Assembly (NCBI GenBank): GCA_963675785.1
Contig: OY776562.1
Span: forward strand, 2,920,934-2,984,933
Source of the DNA: Anaerolineae bacterium
Lineage (GTDB): Bacteria > Chloroflexota > Anaerolineae > UBA1429
Direction of reading: 5' to 3'
DNA length: 64,000 nt
The notes below the pieces were generated by a model. The model made no database searches. It was not told the origin of the DNA and saw only the letters and a list, made by a program, of their open reading frames with translations. The first letter of the stretch is position 1, and each line of letters begins with the position of its first letter. Below, piece by piece: positions 19,733-30,297 of the stretch. A program made the translations under genes and the position numbers.

Positions 19733-20386
19733 ATGATGAAAAGCAGATTTACGACTCTTGTAGCAGCGCTGGGGTTAGTGTTTGTAATGGTTGGCTGTCG
19801 GTCTGAAGAATTGCCCGACGGTTCGTTGCACTATGACTTACCCTCGACGATCTCGGTTGATGTGGGCGGTTATGTACCCGGGACCAACATTCAGTATCTG
19901 GGAATGAGTGACCGCGGTGCTCATGTGATGCTTGGCGATCAGATAGCCTACAAAAAAGTGGGCGATTCGTTGGACTGGTCAGGTACGCCAGTTGATGGCA
20001 CAGATGTGGACTTGACGTTGCGTGTCTTGTACGTTGGTGATACCAGCCTAAAGCTCGTTGGCGAATCCGAGCTGACGATTACCGATGCCAATCCCACAGT
20101 CGCTCAGATCAGCAAAGAATCAGACATCAAATACGGAGGGCTGGTAACCTATACAGTTCTTCGTGGAGAGGCTATTCCTGGCTCAACCGTCATTTATGAG
20201 GGTTTCGATACGGATGGCGTGATCCTTTCCGGCGTTGAGGGCTACCCGTACCGCAAGACAGGGGATTCTATCGCCTGGGAGGGCACGCTACGCTCTGATG
20301 TTGAGATTGAACTCACTGTTCGAGTGGTTTACTATAACGAAGAGAAGCTATACGTATCTGGAACAGTGAATCTCTGGCTCGAATAA
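19733..20386 (+). CDS. Hypothetical lipoprotein built from two tandem homologous domains
   Basis: Signal peptide with a lipobox-like VMVGC. The two halves align (YKKVGDSLDWSGT...LTLRVLYVG against YRKTGDSIAWEGT...LTVRVVYYN). Confidence 0.65.
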   Translation: MMKSRFTTLVAALGLVFVMVGCRSEELPDGSLHYDLPSTISVDVGGYVPGTNIQYLGMSDRGAHVMLGDQIAYKKVGDSLDWSGTPVDGTDVDLTLRVLYVGDTSLKLVGESELTITDANPTVAQISKESDIKYGGLVTYTVLRGEAIPGSTVIYEGFDTDGVILSGVEGYPYRKTGDSIAWEGTLRSDVEIELTVRVVYYNEEKLYVSGTVNLWLE

Positions 20387-20405
20387 TGCAGAGTCAGATG
20401 GAGCT

Positions 20406-20434
20406 TTGCGCTGACTTTGGCAAGTTGGTATAAT
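20406..20434 (+). promoter_or_regulatory. Sigma70-type promoter of rpsA
   Basis: TTGCGC, 17-nt spacer, TGgTATAAT (extended -10). Confidence 0.5.
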
Positions 20435-20475
20435 GTGATAAACTAGGAAAATTCCAAAAAGGAGACGATGTCTGC

Positions 20476-21693
20476 ATGGACGATCAGGACTATACCGCGC
20501 TGAATACTGAAGGAGGTGAAGGGGCTGAACAGTCTGTCAATCCGATGGCTGCGCTTTTGGAGCAGGGCTATGGTTGCACCTTCCCAGAGCGTGGAAAGAT
20601 TGTAGAAGGCACGATTGTATCAGTTAACCCTAATGAGGTTCTCATTGACATCAACTACAAGAGCGAAGGAATTGTTAGCTCGCGCGATTTGAGCAAGCTG
20701 ACTTCCGAGTACCGTGATTCGCTCAAGGTAGGCAAAAAGGTCAAGGCTTATGTGGTTCGACCTGAAGATGCCAAAGGGAACACCATTCTTTCACTTCAGC
20801 GTGCGTTGTTGGAGAACGACTGGGACGAAGCCACGAGTCTATACGAGGCGGAAGAGGTGTTCTCCAAGCCGGTCGTGAGCTATAATAAGGGTGGCGTGAT
20901 CGTTAACGTCGGTCATGTAAGGGGATTCGTCCCCGCTTCCCAAATTGTGAGTGCTCGTGGACTTCACGGCGGAGATCAGGGCCAGCGCGATGACATGCTT
21001 GCTGGCGTCGTGGGTACCGAGCTCAAGCTCAAGATTATTGAGATCGACCGTCGCCGCAATCGCCTGATCCTTTCGGAGCGGGCTGCGGTACGCGAGTGGC
21101 GCCGTGAACAGAAGGATCGCTTGCTTGATGAGCTTCAAGAGGGCGAAGTTCGTAGAGGTGTTGTCAGCAGCTTGTGTGATTTTGGTGCCTTTGTGGATCT
21201 TGGCGGAGCTGACGGCCTTGTTCACCTTTCGGAGCTTGCCTGGCGTCGCGTTGGGCATCCTCGAGAGATCCTCAAGGTGGGGCAAGAAGTTGATTCCTAT
21301 GTCCTTTCTGTGGATCGCGATCGCCGGCGTATAGCTCTTAGCCTCAAGCGTCTTCAGAAGGAACCCTGGAGCCAGGTTGAGGATGCTTATACTGTCGGGC
21401 AGGTTGTTAAATGCACGATAACCAAGATTACAGACTTTGGTGCTTTTGCTCGGCTGGATGACAACATCGAAGGCTTGATTCACATTTCCGAGCTTTCTGA
21501 GGAGCGTATTGAGCATCCCGGTGAGGTTGTTCAGGAAGGCCAGGAATTGGAGTTGAGAATCATCCGTATTGATACTGACCGCCAGAGAATCGGTCTCAGC
21601 CTGCGCCGCGTTAGCGAAGAGCTGTATGATGCCGATTTCGACTGGGAAGAGGATGATCAACTTGATGGTGCACTAGATTCAATAGATGCCTAG
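20476..21693 (+). CDS. rpsA: 30S ribosomal protein S1 (four S1 domains)
   Basis: Repeated S1 OB-fold motifs (G.V..v...GafV.l..g.eGlvH.SE) with AAGGAG upstream. Confidence 0.9.
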   Translation: MDDQDYTALNTEGGEGAEQSVNPMAALLEQGYGCTFPERGKIVEGTIVSVNPNEVLIDINYKSEGIVSSRDLSKLTSEYRDSLKVGKKVKAYVVRPEDAKGNTILSLQRALLENDWDEATSLYEAEEVFSKPVVSYNKGGVIVNVGHVRGFVPASQIVSARGLHGGDQGQRDDMLAGVVGTELKLKIIEIDRRRNRLILSERAAVREWRREQKDRLLDELQEGEVRRGVVSSLCDFGAFVDLGGADGLVHLSELAWRRVGHPREILKVGQEVDSYVLSVDRDRRRIALSLKRLQKEPWSQVEDAYTVGQVVKCTITKITDFGAFARLDDNIEGLIHISELSEERIEHPGEVVQEGQELELRIIRIDTDRQRIGLSLRRVSEELYDADFDWEEDDQLDGALDSIDA

Positions 21694-21844
21694 CATTTTT
21701 CAAGGCATGGACTGAATGCAATTGGCTGGTAACCAAATCACTGGCCCAAAGCAGCTAGTAGCCCTGCCAGTGCTAGATACAGGTCGCGTCGTTTTGGCGG
21801 TTTCCTAGTTTGCCGTCTTCGACAAGACCAAACAAGTACGGACC

Positions 21845-21885
21845 GGGGGCCAGTGTGGGCAGACACACTGTGCCCCCGTTTCTTT
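21845..21885 (+). terminator. Rho-independent terminator after rpsA, immediately upstream of clpC
   Basis: GGGGGCCAGTGTG-ggcaga-CACACTG(T)GCCCCC, 13 bp with one bulge, followed by GTTTCTTT. Confidence 0.65.
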
Positions 21886-21905
21886 AGGGCAAAGGCAGGT
21901 TGAAA

Positions 21906-24326
21906 ATGGTTCAGAATCTAGAACGCTTCACCCAGCTTGCCCGCAATGTGCTGGTGATGGCACGCGAAGAGGCGCAGCGCCTCGGCCATCACTATATTGG
22001 AACAGAACATCTCTTGATTGGCCTGCTTCGTGAGCAGGATGGGATGGCGTTCCGTGTCCTTCATGATTCCGGCCTTGATGCGGATACAGTGCGCGTTGTG
22101 GTGCGAGATTTGGTTGGTGCTGGCGAGTCTTCTGCCTCTGCCATGCAATTGGGCGACCAGACACGCGTTGTCATCGAGGCCGCAGTGCTCGAGGCCAAGC
22201 GCCTTGGGCACCGCAATGTTGGGACAGAGCACCTGTTGCTGGGGCTGATTCGAGAGTCTGACAGTATGGGCGTTGCCGTGTTGCGGCACTTGAACGTCCG
22301 TTCTGATGTTGTGCGCCAAAAAACCTTGATGATGATTCGCGAGCGCATGACACCTGTCGCAAATGCGCCGCAAGAAAAGACACGCGGTCAGCATTCTGTA
22401 CTGGATGAAGTGGGCATTGATCTCACCGAGCTCGCTCGCCAGGGTGCCCTCGATCCCGTCATTGGACGAACCAAAGAGATCGAGCGGGTGGTTCAAATCC
22501 TCGCCCGTCGCAACAAGAATAACCCCGCTTTAATTGGTGAACCCGGTGTTGGCAAAACAGCTATCGTCGAGGGATTGGCCCAACGTATTGTTCAGGGGCG
22601 TGTGCCTGCGGATCTCGAATTCAAACGTGTTGTGCGCTTGGATGTAGGAACGTTGGTGGCAGGCACCATGTATCGCGGCCAGTTTGAGGAACGTCTCAAG
22701 CACGTTATTGATGAGCTCAAATCCTCGGATACTATTGTATTCATCGACGAACTGCACATGATTGTGGGGGCTGGTGCTGCTGGCAACCAGGTCGATGCCG
22801 CCAATATCCTCAAGCCTGCCTTGTCTAGAGGCGAAATTCAGTGTATTGGCGCTACCACGTTGGATGAATACCGCAAGCATATTGAAAGCGATGCTGCGCT
22901 TGAGCGACGTTTTCAGCCTGTCTATGTCGAAGAGCCCTCGGTAGAAGATACCGTTGCCATTCTCAAGGGGGTGCGCAGTCGTTATGAAGCCCATCATGGC
23001 CTCAAGATCAGCGATGAGGCAATAGAAGCGGCTGCCCGGCTTGCTGCACGGTATGTGTCGGGGCGCTTTTTGCCTGATAAGGCGATCGACCTTGTCGATG
23101 AAGCGGCATCCCGAGTACGCGTTTTCAAACATTTTGAAGGAGAGCGCTCCGAAAGCGAAGATGATTTGCTTTCGCTGGAAACCATCTACCGCCAGGATTC
23201 ACTACTCGCCTCGTTTGATCAGGGTGAGGATATTAAATTCGAATTCAGCGAGCAGGTTGTGCGTGCTGAAGATATTGCCGAGATTGTCGCCATGTGGACT
23301 GGTGTTCCTGTGGCATCCATGGCCGAATCCGAATCCGAACGCTTGTTACATATGGAAGATGAACTCCACAAGCGGATTGTTGGGCAGGATAGAGCGATCA
23401 AGATTCTGGCGCGCGCGGTCCGCCGGGCTCGGGCAGGATTGCGTGATCCGCGTCGCCCCATTGCTTCGCTTATTTTCCTTGGCCCCACTGGCGTAGGCAA
23501 GACCGAGCTCTGTAAGGCCTTGGCAGGATTTATGTTTGGCAGCGACGATGCTTTGTTGCAGCTCGATATGTCCGAGTTTATGGAAAGGCATACACTCTCT
23601 CGGCTCGTAGGTGCGCCTCCTGGGTATGTGGGTTATGATTCTGCTGGCCAGCTTACTGAGGCTGTCCGCCGTCGACCCTATACGGTAGTTTGTTTTGACG
23701 AAATCGAAAAGGCCCACCCCGAAGCTTTTAATATGCTTTTGCAGATTATGGAAGAGGGACATCTTTCTGATGCTCGGGGTCGTAAGGTGGATTTTCGTAA
23801 CACCATCATCATCATGACTTCAAACATCGGCAGTGACGTTATTACCCGGGATGTCTCACTTGGATTCGACACCGCACCAGAGGAACTTGCCGAGCGTCAG
23901 CGCTATAGCGATATGAAGGGTAAGCTCCTTACTGAACTAAAGCACTTGGTGCGTCCCGAGTTCTTGAATCGTGTGGACGATGTTGTCGTCTTTCATCAAC
24001 TCAGTCGCGATGAAATATCGCAGATTATCGAGATTCAGCTTGCCGAGCTGAATCAGCGACTTGAACCCATGAATATTCAAGTTTCTTGCAGCGAGGCGGG
24101 CCGTGAGGCGTTACTTACCGAGGGGTACGATCCACAGTATGGTGCTCGGCCTATGCGCAGAGCGGTTCAACGCTTGATCGAAGACCCACTTGCCGAACAA
24201 GTTTTGGATGGTGTATTGCGCGCAGGGGATCACGTGCTGGTTGATAGCAAGGATGGCGAAATTATTCTGCAGCCAAATTATCCTATTACTGAATCCAGTC
24301 TTTTGCTATCTGGCGACCGGCAGTAG
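21906..24326 (+). CDS. clpC: ATP-dependent Clp protease ATP-binding subunit ClpC
   Basis: Two Clp_N repeats and two AAA+ modules (GEPGVGKT and GPTGVGKT Walker A). There is no long ClpB-type middle domain. About 806 aa from ATG 21906. Confidence 0.9.
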   Translation: MVQNLERFTQLARNVLVMAREEAQRLGHHYIGTEHLLIGLLREQDGMAFRVLHDSGLDADTVRVVVRDLVGAGESSASAMQLGDQTRVVIEAAVLEAKRLGHRNVGTEHLLLGLIRESDSMGVAVLRHLNVRSDVVRQKTLMMIRERMTPVANAPQEKTRGQHSVLDEVGIDLTELARQGALDPVIGRTKEIERVVQILARRNKNNPALIGEPGVGKTAIVEGLAQRIVQGRVPADLEFKRVVRLDVGTLVAGTMYRGQFEERLKHVIDELKSSDTIVFIDELHMIVGAGAAGNQVDAANILKPALSRGEIQCIGATTLDEYRKHIESDAALERRFQPVYVEEPSVEDTVAILKGVRSRYEAHHGLKISDEAIEAAARLAARYVSGRFLPDKAIDLVDEAASRVRVFKHFEGERSESEDDLLSLETIYRQDSLLASFDQGEDIKFEFSEQVVRAEDIAEIVAMWTGVPVASMAESESERLLHMEDELHKRIVGQDRAIKILARAVRRARAGLRDPRRPIASLIFLGPTGVGKTELCKALAGFMFGSDDALLQLDMSEFMERHTLSRLVGAPPGYVGYDSAGQLTEAVRRRPYTVVCFDEIEKAHPEAFNMLLQIMEEGHLSDARGRKVDFRNTIIIMTSNIGSDVITRDVSLGFDTAPEELAERQRYSDMKGKLLTELKHLVRPEFLNRVDDVVVFHQLSRDEISQIIEIQLAELNQRLEPMNIQVSCSEAGREALLTEGYDPQYGARPMRRAVQRLIEDPLAEQVLDGVLRAGDHVLVDSKDGEIILQPNYPITESSLLLSGDRQ

Positions 24327-24331
24327 CGCGC

Positions 24332-25687
24332 ATGGCCAAGCCAAAGACCCGATTTGTGTGTCGGGAATGTGGGGCAGAGCAGCCCGGTTGGATGGGGCGC
24401 TGCCCCACTTGTGGTGAATGGAACACGCTAGAAGAGGTTATTCCTTCGCCTGGCGTGCGCATCGAACGTTCTTTGGCCGGAGGTCAGGTATCCCGATTGG
24501 CCGAGATATCTCCCAGCGGGCGTGAACGTATTCAAGTGCCTATCGGCGAGTTTGCCCGTGTACTCGGAGGTGGGCTTGTGCCGGGCGCTGTGACGTTGTT
24601 AAGTGGCGATCCAGGCATTGGCAAATCCACGTTATTGTTACAACTTGCTGCCACCATGTCTGCACAGGGTCATAAAACACTATATGTTTCTGCTGAGGAA
24701 TCTGCCCATCAGATCAAGTTACGGGCCGACAGGTTGAGCCTAAAAGCAGACGATCTTTATATCTCTTCAGAAATATGCATGGATACCATCTTGACCCAGA
24801 TAGGCGACTTGAAGCCGACCATTGTGGTTGTGGATTCGATTCAAACAGTCTATCTCGAAGACGTATCGAGTTCTGCTGGCAGCGTGACCCAAGTTCGGGA
24901 GTGTGCAGCCGCTCTAGTCCGAGCCGCAAAAACAATGGATATGGCGGTGTTTCTGGTGGGCCATGTGACCAAAGCTGGTAGTATTGCCGGTCCACGGCTC
25001 CTGGAGCATATTGTGGATACAGTGTTGTATATGGAGGGAGAACGGTTTCACGCCTACCGTTTACTGCGCAGCGTCAAGAATCGCTTCGGTTCCACAGATG
25101 AAGTTGGCGTTTTTGAAATGCGCGAAGAGGGTATGGTAGAAGTGCCCAATCCCTCGCAGGTTTTTCTCGAGGAAAGGCTCGGACGGGCGACGGGCTCGGC
25201 GATTGCTGTAACTATGGAAGGAACCCGCCCCCTTTTGGTAGAAGTTCAAGCGTTGGCTAGTACGTCGAATCTCCCCCACCCTCGACGTACTGCGAACGGT
25301 TTTGATATTAATCGTGTGCTTCTATTGGCGGCTGTATTGGCCAAGCGAGTGGGTCTTGGACTGAACGATCAAGACATCTTTGTAAACATTGTCGGCGGAT
25401 TGCGAGTGGGTGAACCCGCAGTGGATCTCCCAGCAGCTGTGGCCATGGCGTCTAGCCATTACAATCGCCCCGTTCGCGAGGGATTGGCCATGTTTGGCGA
25501 GGTTGGCTTGTCGGGTGAATTGCGCAGTGTTGGCCAGAGCGAACGTCGTATTAACGAGGCACGAAAACTAGGTTTCGACCATATTCTCATGCCGCCTATC
25601 CGGAACAGTTCTACAAAGACTGATGGTGTCGCTATTCTGGGAGTGCGAACTCTGGCAGAGGCTGTTGATTTGGCTTTGCAAAAATAG
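24332..25687 (+). CDS. radA: DNA repair protein RadA/Sms
   Basis: N-terminal Zn ribbon CRECGAEQPGWMGRCPTCGEWNT, Walker A GDPGIGKST, KNRFG motif and a Lon-like C-terminal domain. Confidence 0.95.
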   Translation: MAKPKTRFVCRECGAEQPGWMGRCPTCGEWNTLEEVIPSPGVRIERSLAGGQVSRLAEISPSGRERIQVPIGEFARVLGGGLVPGAVTLLSGDPGIGKSTLLLQLAATMSAQGHKTLYVSAEESAHQIKLRADRLSLKADDLYISSEICMDTILTQIGDLKPTIVVVDSIQTVYLEDVSSSAGSVTQVRECAAALVRAAKTMDMAVFLVGHVTKAGSIAGPRLLEHIVDTVLYMEGERFHAYRLLRSVKNRFGSTDEVGVFEMREEGMVEVPNPSQVFLEERLGRATGSAIAVTMEGTRPLLVEVQALASTSNLPHPRRTANGFDINRVLLLAAVLAKRVGLGLNDQDIFVNIVGGLRVGEPAVDLPAAVAMASSHYNRPVREGLAMFGEVGLSGELRSVGQSERRINEARKLGFDHILMPPIRNSSTKTDGVAILGVRTLAEAVDLALQK

Positions 25688-25750
25688 TTTTATCTTTTGT
25701 TCTCTTGGTGCATTCATATCATTTATCCAACAGTCATCTGGAGGATCAGG

Positions 25751-26806
25751 TTGTCCCTTTCAATCATCATTCGAATTGTTGTTGTTATCATCAGTGGGGC
25801 GATCGCCTGGGAGATCGGGGTTCTGACGCCGCATGTGGCCGCCTTTATCGGAATGGGCATCGAGTTCTACGAGGCTATTCTGGCTCTTGTTGGCGCGGTC
25901 CTGGGATTTGTACTTGCTCCCCATCTCACTACCAAGCCGTTCAGAGCCGTCTATGACCGACTTGCAAGTACGCCGGTGCGGGTGTTAATCCAATCCACCA
26001 TCGGCATGGTCATCGGCTTTTTGATGGGTGCTTTATTGGCCGGCCCACTTGGGAGATTACCAGGCATTATCGGGCAGATTCTTCCCGGCATGGCTGCCTT
26101 GCTCTTGGGCTTTATCGGCGCGCGTATCGGCAGCCAGCGAGGCGATGAGGTTTTGGCTGTACTAGGGCTAAAGATGATCGAGTCCACCGAAAAGCGGCAT
26201 GTGGTACTGTTGGATACAAGTGTCATTATTGATGGGCGAATTGCCGATATCGCCCGAAGCGGGTTCATCCGTGAGATCATGATTGTGCCCCGGTTTGTGC
26301 TCAATGAACTCCAGTATGTGGCCGATTCGGCTGATGTACTTCGCCGTAACCGTGGTCGACGAGGGTTGGATGTGCTCAACCGCCTTGAAAAAGCCCCGGC
26401 TGTGTCGCTAGAGATCAGTGAAGAGATTATTGACGAGGTGGACGAAGTGGATTCCAAGCTGGTAACCCTGGCTCGACGCCTCGATTGTCCGATACTGACG
26501 AACGACTATAATCTTAACCGCATTGCCGAGCTTCAACATGTTCAGGTGCTCAATATTAATGAACTGGCCAACGCCGTCAAGGTTATTGTCCTGCCAGGCG
26601 AATCTCTTGAAGTTACCGTGATTCAAGAAGGCAAGGAAGTTGGACAAGGCGTAGGATACCTGGATGATGGGACGATGATTGTTGTTGAGGATGGCAGGCG
26701 GCTCATTGGCCGCACTGTATCTATCAGCGTGACGCGCGTTCTGCAGACGGTCGCCGGAAGAATGATCTTTGGTCAGCCGGGTGCCGATTCAGCGACGCAG
26801 GATTAG
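25751..26806 (+). CDS. PIN/TRAM domain membrane protein (YacL-like)
   Basis: N-terminal TM helices, a PIN domain (VVLLDTSVIIDGRI) and a C-terminal TRAM domain. The likely TTG start at 25751 lies 6 nt after GGAGG. The ORF-track frame opens at 25697. Confidence 0.75.
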   Translation: MSLSIIIRIVVVIISGAIAWEIGVLTPHVAAFIGMGIEFYEAILALVGAVLGFVLAPHLTTKPFRAVYDRLASTPVRVLIQSTIGMVIGFLMGALLAGPLGRLPGIIGQILPGMAALLLGFIGARIGSQRGDEVLAVLGLKMIESTEKRHVVLLDTSVIIDGRIADIARSGFIREIMIVPRFVLNELQYVADSADVLRRNRGRRGLDVLNRLEKAPAVSLEISEEIIDEVDEVDSKLVTLARRLDCPILTNDYNLNRIAELQHVQVLNINELANAVKVIVLPGESLEVTVIQEGKEVGQGVGYLDDGTMIVVEDGRRLIGRTVSISVTRVLQTVAGRMIFGQPGADSATQD

Positions 26807-26952
26807 TGGAATGACTCAGTTTGAGATCAGCGCCGTGCAGAATTGCGGCAAAAGTACAACGCTACAGTGCGTTTGTATCAAGGGGTACAGCCTATAAGCT
26901 GTGCCCCGTATCGGCTTGCCGCCATTCGAGTCTAGTTCTTGGGAGTCATAAC

Positions 26953-28398
26953 ATGACGCTGTATGTTTACAATACGCTGATACGAGAAAAACAAGAGTTT
27001 GTGCCCCTACACCCCGGGCGTGTGCATATGTACGTCTGCGGCCCTACGGTCTATAACGACAGCCACCTTGGCCACGGCAAGACATATATTAATTTTGATA
27101 CTGTTGTGCGCTATCTGCGTTATCTTGGTTATCAGGTTGTGTATGTTCAAAACATCACGGATGTAGGTCACCTCCTTGATTCGGGCGAAGACCGCATGCT
27201 CAAGGGAGCCCTCCGTGAGCATAAGCATCCCATGGCTATTGCCGAAACCTATACGCAGCGCTATTTCAGTGATATGGATCGGCTTAATGTACTCAGGCCG
27301 GATATTTCGCCGCGCGCCACTGGGCATGTCCCCGAAATGATTGAGATGATCGAAACCTTGATCGAAAAGGGCTATGCCTACGAAATGAATGGTTCGGTCT
27401 ACTTTAGCGTGCGTAGCGATCCGGACTATGGCAAACTTTCAGGGCGCCACGTTGATAATATGATGAGCGGCACTCGGGTTGAGACTCGCGATGAAAAACG
27501 GGATCCAGAGGACTTTGCGCTTTGGAAAAAGGCCGAGCCCGAGCACATCATGCGATGGAAAAGCCCCTGGGGCGAGGGGTTCCCTGGTTGGCACATCGAA
27601 TGCTCGGCTATGTCTTCCAAGTACTTGGGATTACCCTTTGATATTCACGGCGGCGGTGTGGAGAACAAGTTCCCCCATCACGAATGCGAGATTGCTCAAG
27701 CTGAATGCGCCACTGGCAAGGATTTTGCCCGCTACTGGCTGCATAACGGCATGCTCATGATTCGCGGCGAAGAGATGCACAAATCCTTGGGAAACTATGT
27801 CACTCTGGAGAAAGCATTTGAACGCTGGGATCCCATGGTCATCCGCTTTTTTGTGCTGCAAAGTCACTATCGCGGGCCTATTGATTTGACCGAAGACGCC
27901 ATAGAGGCCGCTGGCAAAGGACTAGATCGTTTGCTCAAGTCAGTTGGCGCGGTGCGCAAAGCCATGGCGGATGCGCCCGAGGGTGCTGCAAGTGACGCTG
28001 TTCTGGAGATGCTGATAGCCACCAGGGCCGAGTTTGAGCGCAGCATGGACGATGATTTCAACACTGCTGGGGCAACAGCAGCCCTCTTTGAGCTGAGCCG
28101 TCAGGTCAATGTGCTTTTTGCAGAGAGCGACATTGTTACACAGAGTTCTCTCCAAGAGATCGACAATCTTTTTACCCTTTTACTCGAGAATGTACTGGGT
28201 ATTCGTTTGGATAACCTCAAGGATAACAGCCTGGGCGAAAGTCTGGCATCCGGATTGATGGACTTGCTTATTGAGACGCGTGCGGCGCTGCGCCAGGAAC
28301 GCCAGTGGGCTATGTCCGATAAGATTCGCGATGGTTTGGATTCGCTCGGCGTGGAGTTGGGAGATGGCCCAGAGGGGACGACCTGGTCGATCCGCTAG
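26953..28398 (+). CDS. cysS: Cysteinyl-tRNA synthetase
   Basis: MTLYVYNTL start, HLGHG (HIGH) and KMHKSLGN (KMSKS). The 44 codons upstream in the ORF-track frame look non-native. Confidence 0.9.
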   Translation: MTLYVYNTLIREKQEFVPLHPGRVHMYVCGPTVYNDSHLGHGKTYINFDTVVRYLRYLGYQVVYVQNITDVGHLLDSGEDRMLKGALREHKHPMAIAETYTQRYFSDMDRLNVLRPDISPRATGHVPEMIEMIETLIEKGYAYEMNGSVYFSVRSDPDYGKLSGRHVDNMMSGTRVETRDEKRDPEDFALWKKAEPEHIMRWKSPWGEGFPGWHIECSAMSSKYLGLPFDIHGGGVENKFPHHECEIAQAECATGKDFARYWLHNGMLMIRGEEMHKSLGNYVTLEKAFERWDPMVIRFFVLQSHYRGPIDLTEDAIEAAGKGLDRLLKSVGAVRKAMADAPEGAASDAVLEMLIATRAEFERSMDDDFNTAGATAALFELSRQVNVLFAESDIVTQSSLQEIDNLFTLLLENVLGIRLDNLKDNSLGESLASGLMDLLIETRAALRQERQWAMSDKIRDGLDSLGVELGDGPEGTTWSIR

Positions 28399-29161
28399 TC
28401 GTGGCCAGCAACCAGTTGAATATCTTGCTGGACGAAACTCAGTGCGTGAAGCACTGTTCGCCAGGAGAAGAGCCATCCAGCGGGTGATTGTCGCTCATGG
28501 AACCGAAGCCAGTGGAACTCTGGGCGATATCCTTGCGTTAGCTGAGGAAGGCGATATAACGGTCGAGTATGATGACCGAAATCGCCTGGACCAGCTTTCG
28601 GAAGGTGTCTATCATCAGGGTGTTGTGGCAGAAACCAGCTCTTATCCATACGTTGAACTGGATGATTGCCTGGCCCGTGCCAGCGAACTGAACGAGATGC
28701 CCTTTTTGCTGGCCCTGGACTCTGTTCAGGACCCACAAAACGTCGGTTCTCTGTTGCGCACGGCAGAAGCTGTGGGGGTTCACGGGGTTATCATTCCAGG
28801 GCGCCGTAGCGCTAGCATTACGCCAGCTGTCAGTCGAGCTTCGGTCGGCGCGGTAGAGCATTTGCTCATTGCAAATGTTACGAATCTGACGCGGACGCTC
28901 AACGCGCTCAAGGCTCAGAACCTCTGGGTTGTTGGTATCGAGGGGCTTGCTGAGGCTCAAGAGTACGATACGGTAGATTTGGCCATGCCTCTAGTGCTTG
29001 TATTAGGTAGCGAGGGGCAGGGCATGGGCCGCCTGGTTTCTGAGACATGTGATATCCTGGTGCGTTTGCCCATGCGTGGTCAGGTGACTTCGCTCAACGT
29101 ATCAGTGGCCGGTTCGATCGTACTTTATCGTGCGCTTGAAATGCGCCAGGCTCATAAATAG
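28364..29161 (+). CDS. rlmB: 23S rRNA (guanosine-2'-O-)-methyltransferase, SpoU/TrmH family (RlmB-like)
   Basis: GRNSVREAL N-terminal substrate-binding domain and SpoU motifs (DPQNVGSLLRTA, LVLGSEGQGM, SLNVSVA). The start is uncertain. ATG 28364 overlaps the end of cysS. Confidence 0.8.
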   Translation: MAQRGRPGRSASRGQQPVEYLAGRNSVREALFARRRAIQRVIVAHGTEASGTLGDILALAEEGDITVEYDDRNRLDQLSEGVYHQGVVAETSSYPYVELDDCLARASELNEMPFLLALDSVQDPQNVGSLLRTAEAVGVHGVIIPGRRSASITPAVSRASVGAVEHLLIANVTNLTRTLNALKAQNLWVVGIEGLAEAQEYDTVDLAMPLVLVLGSEGQGMGRLVSETCDILVRLPMRGQVTSLNVSVAGSIVLYRALEMRQAHK

Positions 29162-29220
29162 GCAATTCAATGAGCTCGACACAGCGATGCGTATAAAAGC
29201 AGAGTAAGAGGAAAAACGGG

Positions 29221-30135
29221 ATGAAAGTACTTGTGACAGGTGGTGCAGGCTTTATTGGTTCACATGTGGTGGATGCATGTTTAGGCGCTGGCCATGATGT
29301 GGTCATCATTGATGATCTCTCCACAGGTAAGCAAAGCAACGTCAATGCGAATGCGCGGCTATATGTGGCCGATATTCGCGATGCGGCGGCCGTCGATAAT
29401 GTTCTAGCGGCTGAAAGGCCGGATGCTATCTGTCATCTTGCTGCAAAAGCGAATGTGCGTGAGTCGATGGAAAAGCCTGTGCTGTATGCTGAGGTGAATA
29501 TCATCGGCTCTTTGAACCTGCTAGAGGCAGCTCGCAAGTATGGCGTGAAAAAGATCGTCTACGCTTCGACGGGCGGCGCCGTTTACGGTGAGCCCGAATA
29601 TTTCCCGGTAGATGAAAAACACCCGGTGAATCCCCTGGATTGTTATGGCGCCAGCAAACACCAAGTAGAGCACTATTTATTCATTTACAAAAAGAGCTAC
29701 GGACTGGATTACACCGTTCTGCGCTTTCCCAATGTCTATGGCCCACGACAAGACCCCTATGGCGAGGCCGGCGTGGTTGCTATTTGGACGGCTCAGATGA
29801 TGGCGGGTCAACAGCCTGTCATTAACGGCACAGGCGAGCAGGTACGCGACTTTGTGTACGTTGGCGATATTGCCCGGGCCAATGTGTTGGCACTCAAAGC
29901 AGGTTCTGGCGAGATTATCAACCTGGGAGCAGGCATTGGCACCTCTATCAACGAGGTCTTTTACGCGCTCCAAGAAGCTACCGGGGCAGCATGCGAAGAA
30001 AAACATGCCCCGGCCAAACTAGGCGAAGTGTTCAAGATATATTTGGATGCATCCAAAGCCAAGGAACTGCTTGATTGGGAGCCACAAGTGCTGCTGAAAG
30101 ATGGCATTCAACGTACGGTAGAGTATTTCAGATAG
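29221..30135 (+). CDS. NAD-dependent epimerase/dehydratase (UDP-glucose 4-epimerase-like SDR)
   Basis: MKVLVTGGAGFIGSH Rossmann motif and the YGASK catalytic Y-x3-K. Confidence 0.8.
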   Translation: MKVLVTGGAGFIGSHVVDACLGAGHDVVIIDDLSTGKQSNVNANARLYVADIRDAAAVDNVLAAERPDAICHLAAKANVRESMEKPVLYAEVNIIGSLNLLEAARKYGVKKIVYASTGGAVYGEPEYFPVDEKHPVNPLDCYGASKHQVEHYLFIYKKSYGLDYTVLRFPNVYGPRQDPYGEAGVVAIWTAQMMAGQQPVINGTGEQVRDFVYVGDIARANVLALKAGSGEIINLGAGIGTSINEVFYALQEATGAACEEKHAPAKLGEVFKIYLDASKAKELLDWEPQVLLKDGIQRTVEYFR

Positions 30136-30148
30136 ACTTTATCCAAGA

Positions 30149-30176
30149 GCGGCCCGAACACTCGGGCCGCTTTTAA
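30149..30176 (+). terminator. Rho-independent terminator
   Basis: GCGGCCCGA-acac-TCGGGCCGC stem followed by TTTT. Confidence 0.75.
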
Positions 30177-30297
30177 TTCTTACAAACATGAAAGCTTGTA
30201 AAGCCTGGACATTCGTAAGCCAGTTCGTTAGAATGCGACCATGTTATACTTTTATTCGTACAGCAACTAACGGCATTCATCCGTCAGGGAGTATTTT

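Noticed and set aside
26821-26952. 44-codon N-terminal extension of cysS in the ORF track, examined also as a possible T-box or leader.
   Set aside because: The extension is Cys/Arg-rich and unlike CysRS N-termini. I found no GGUGGUACCGCG-like T-box sequence or terminator, so I treat it as plain 5' UTR.
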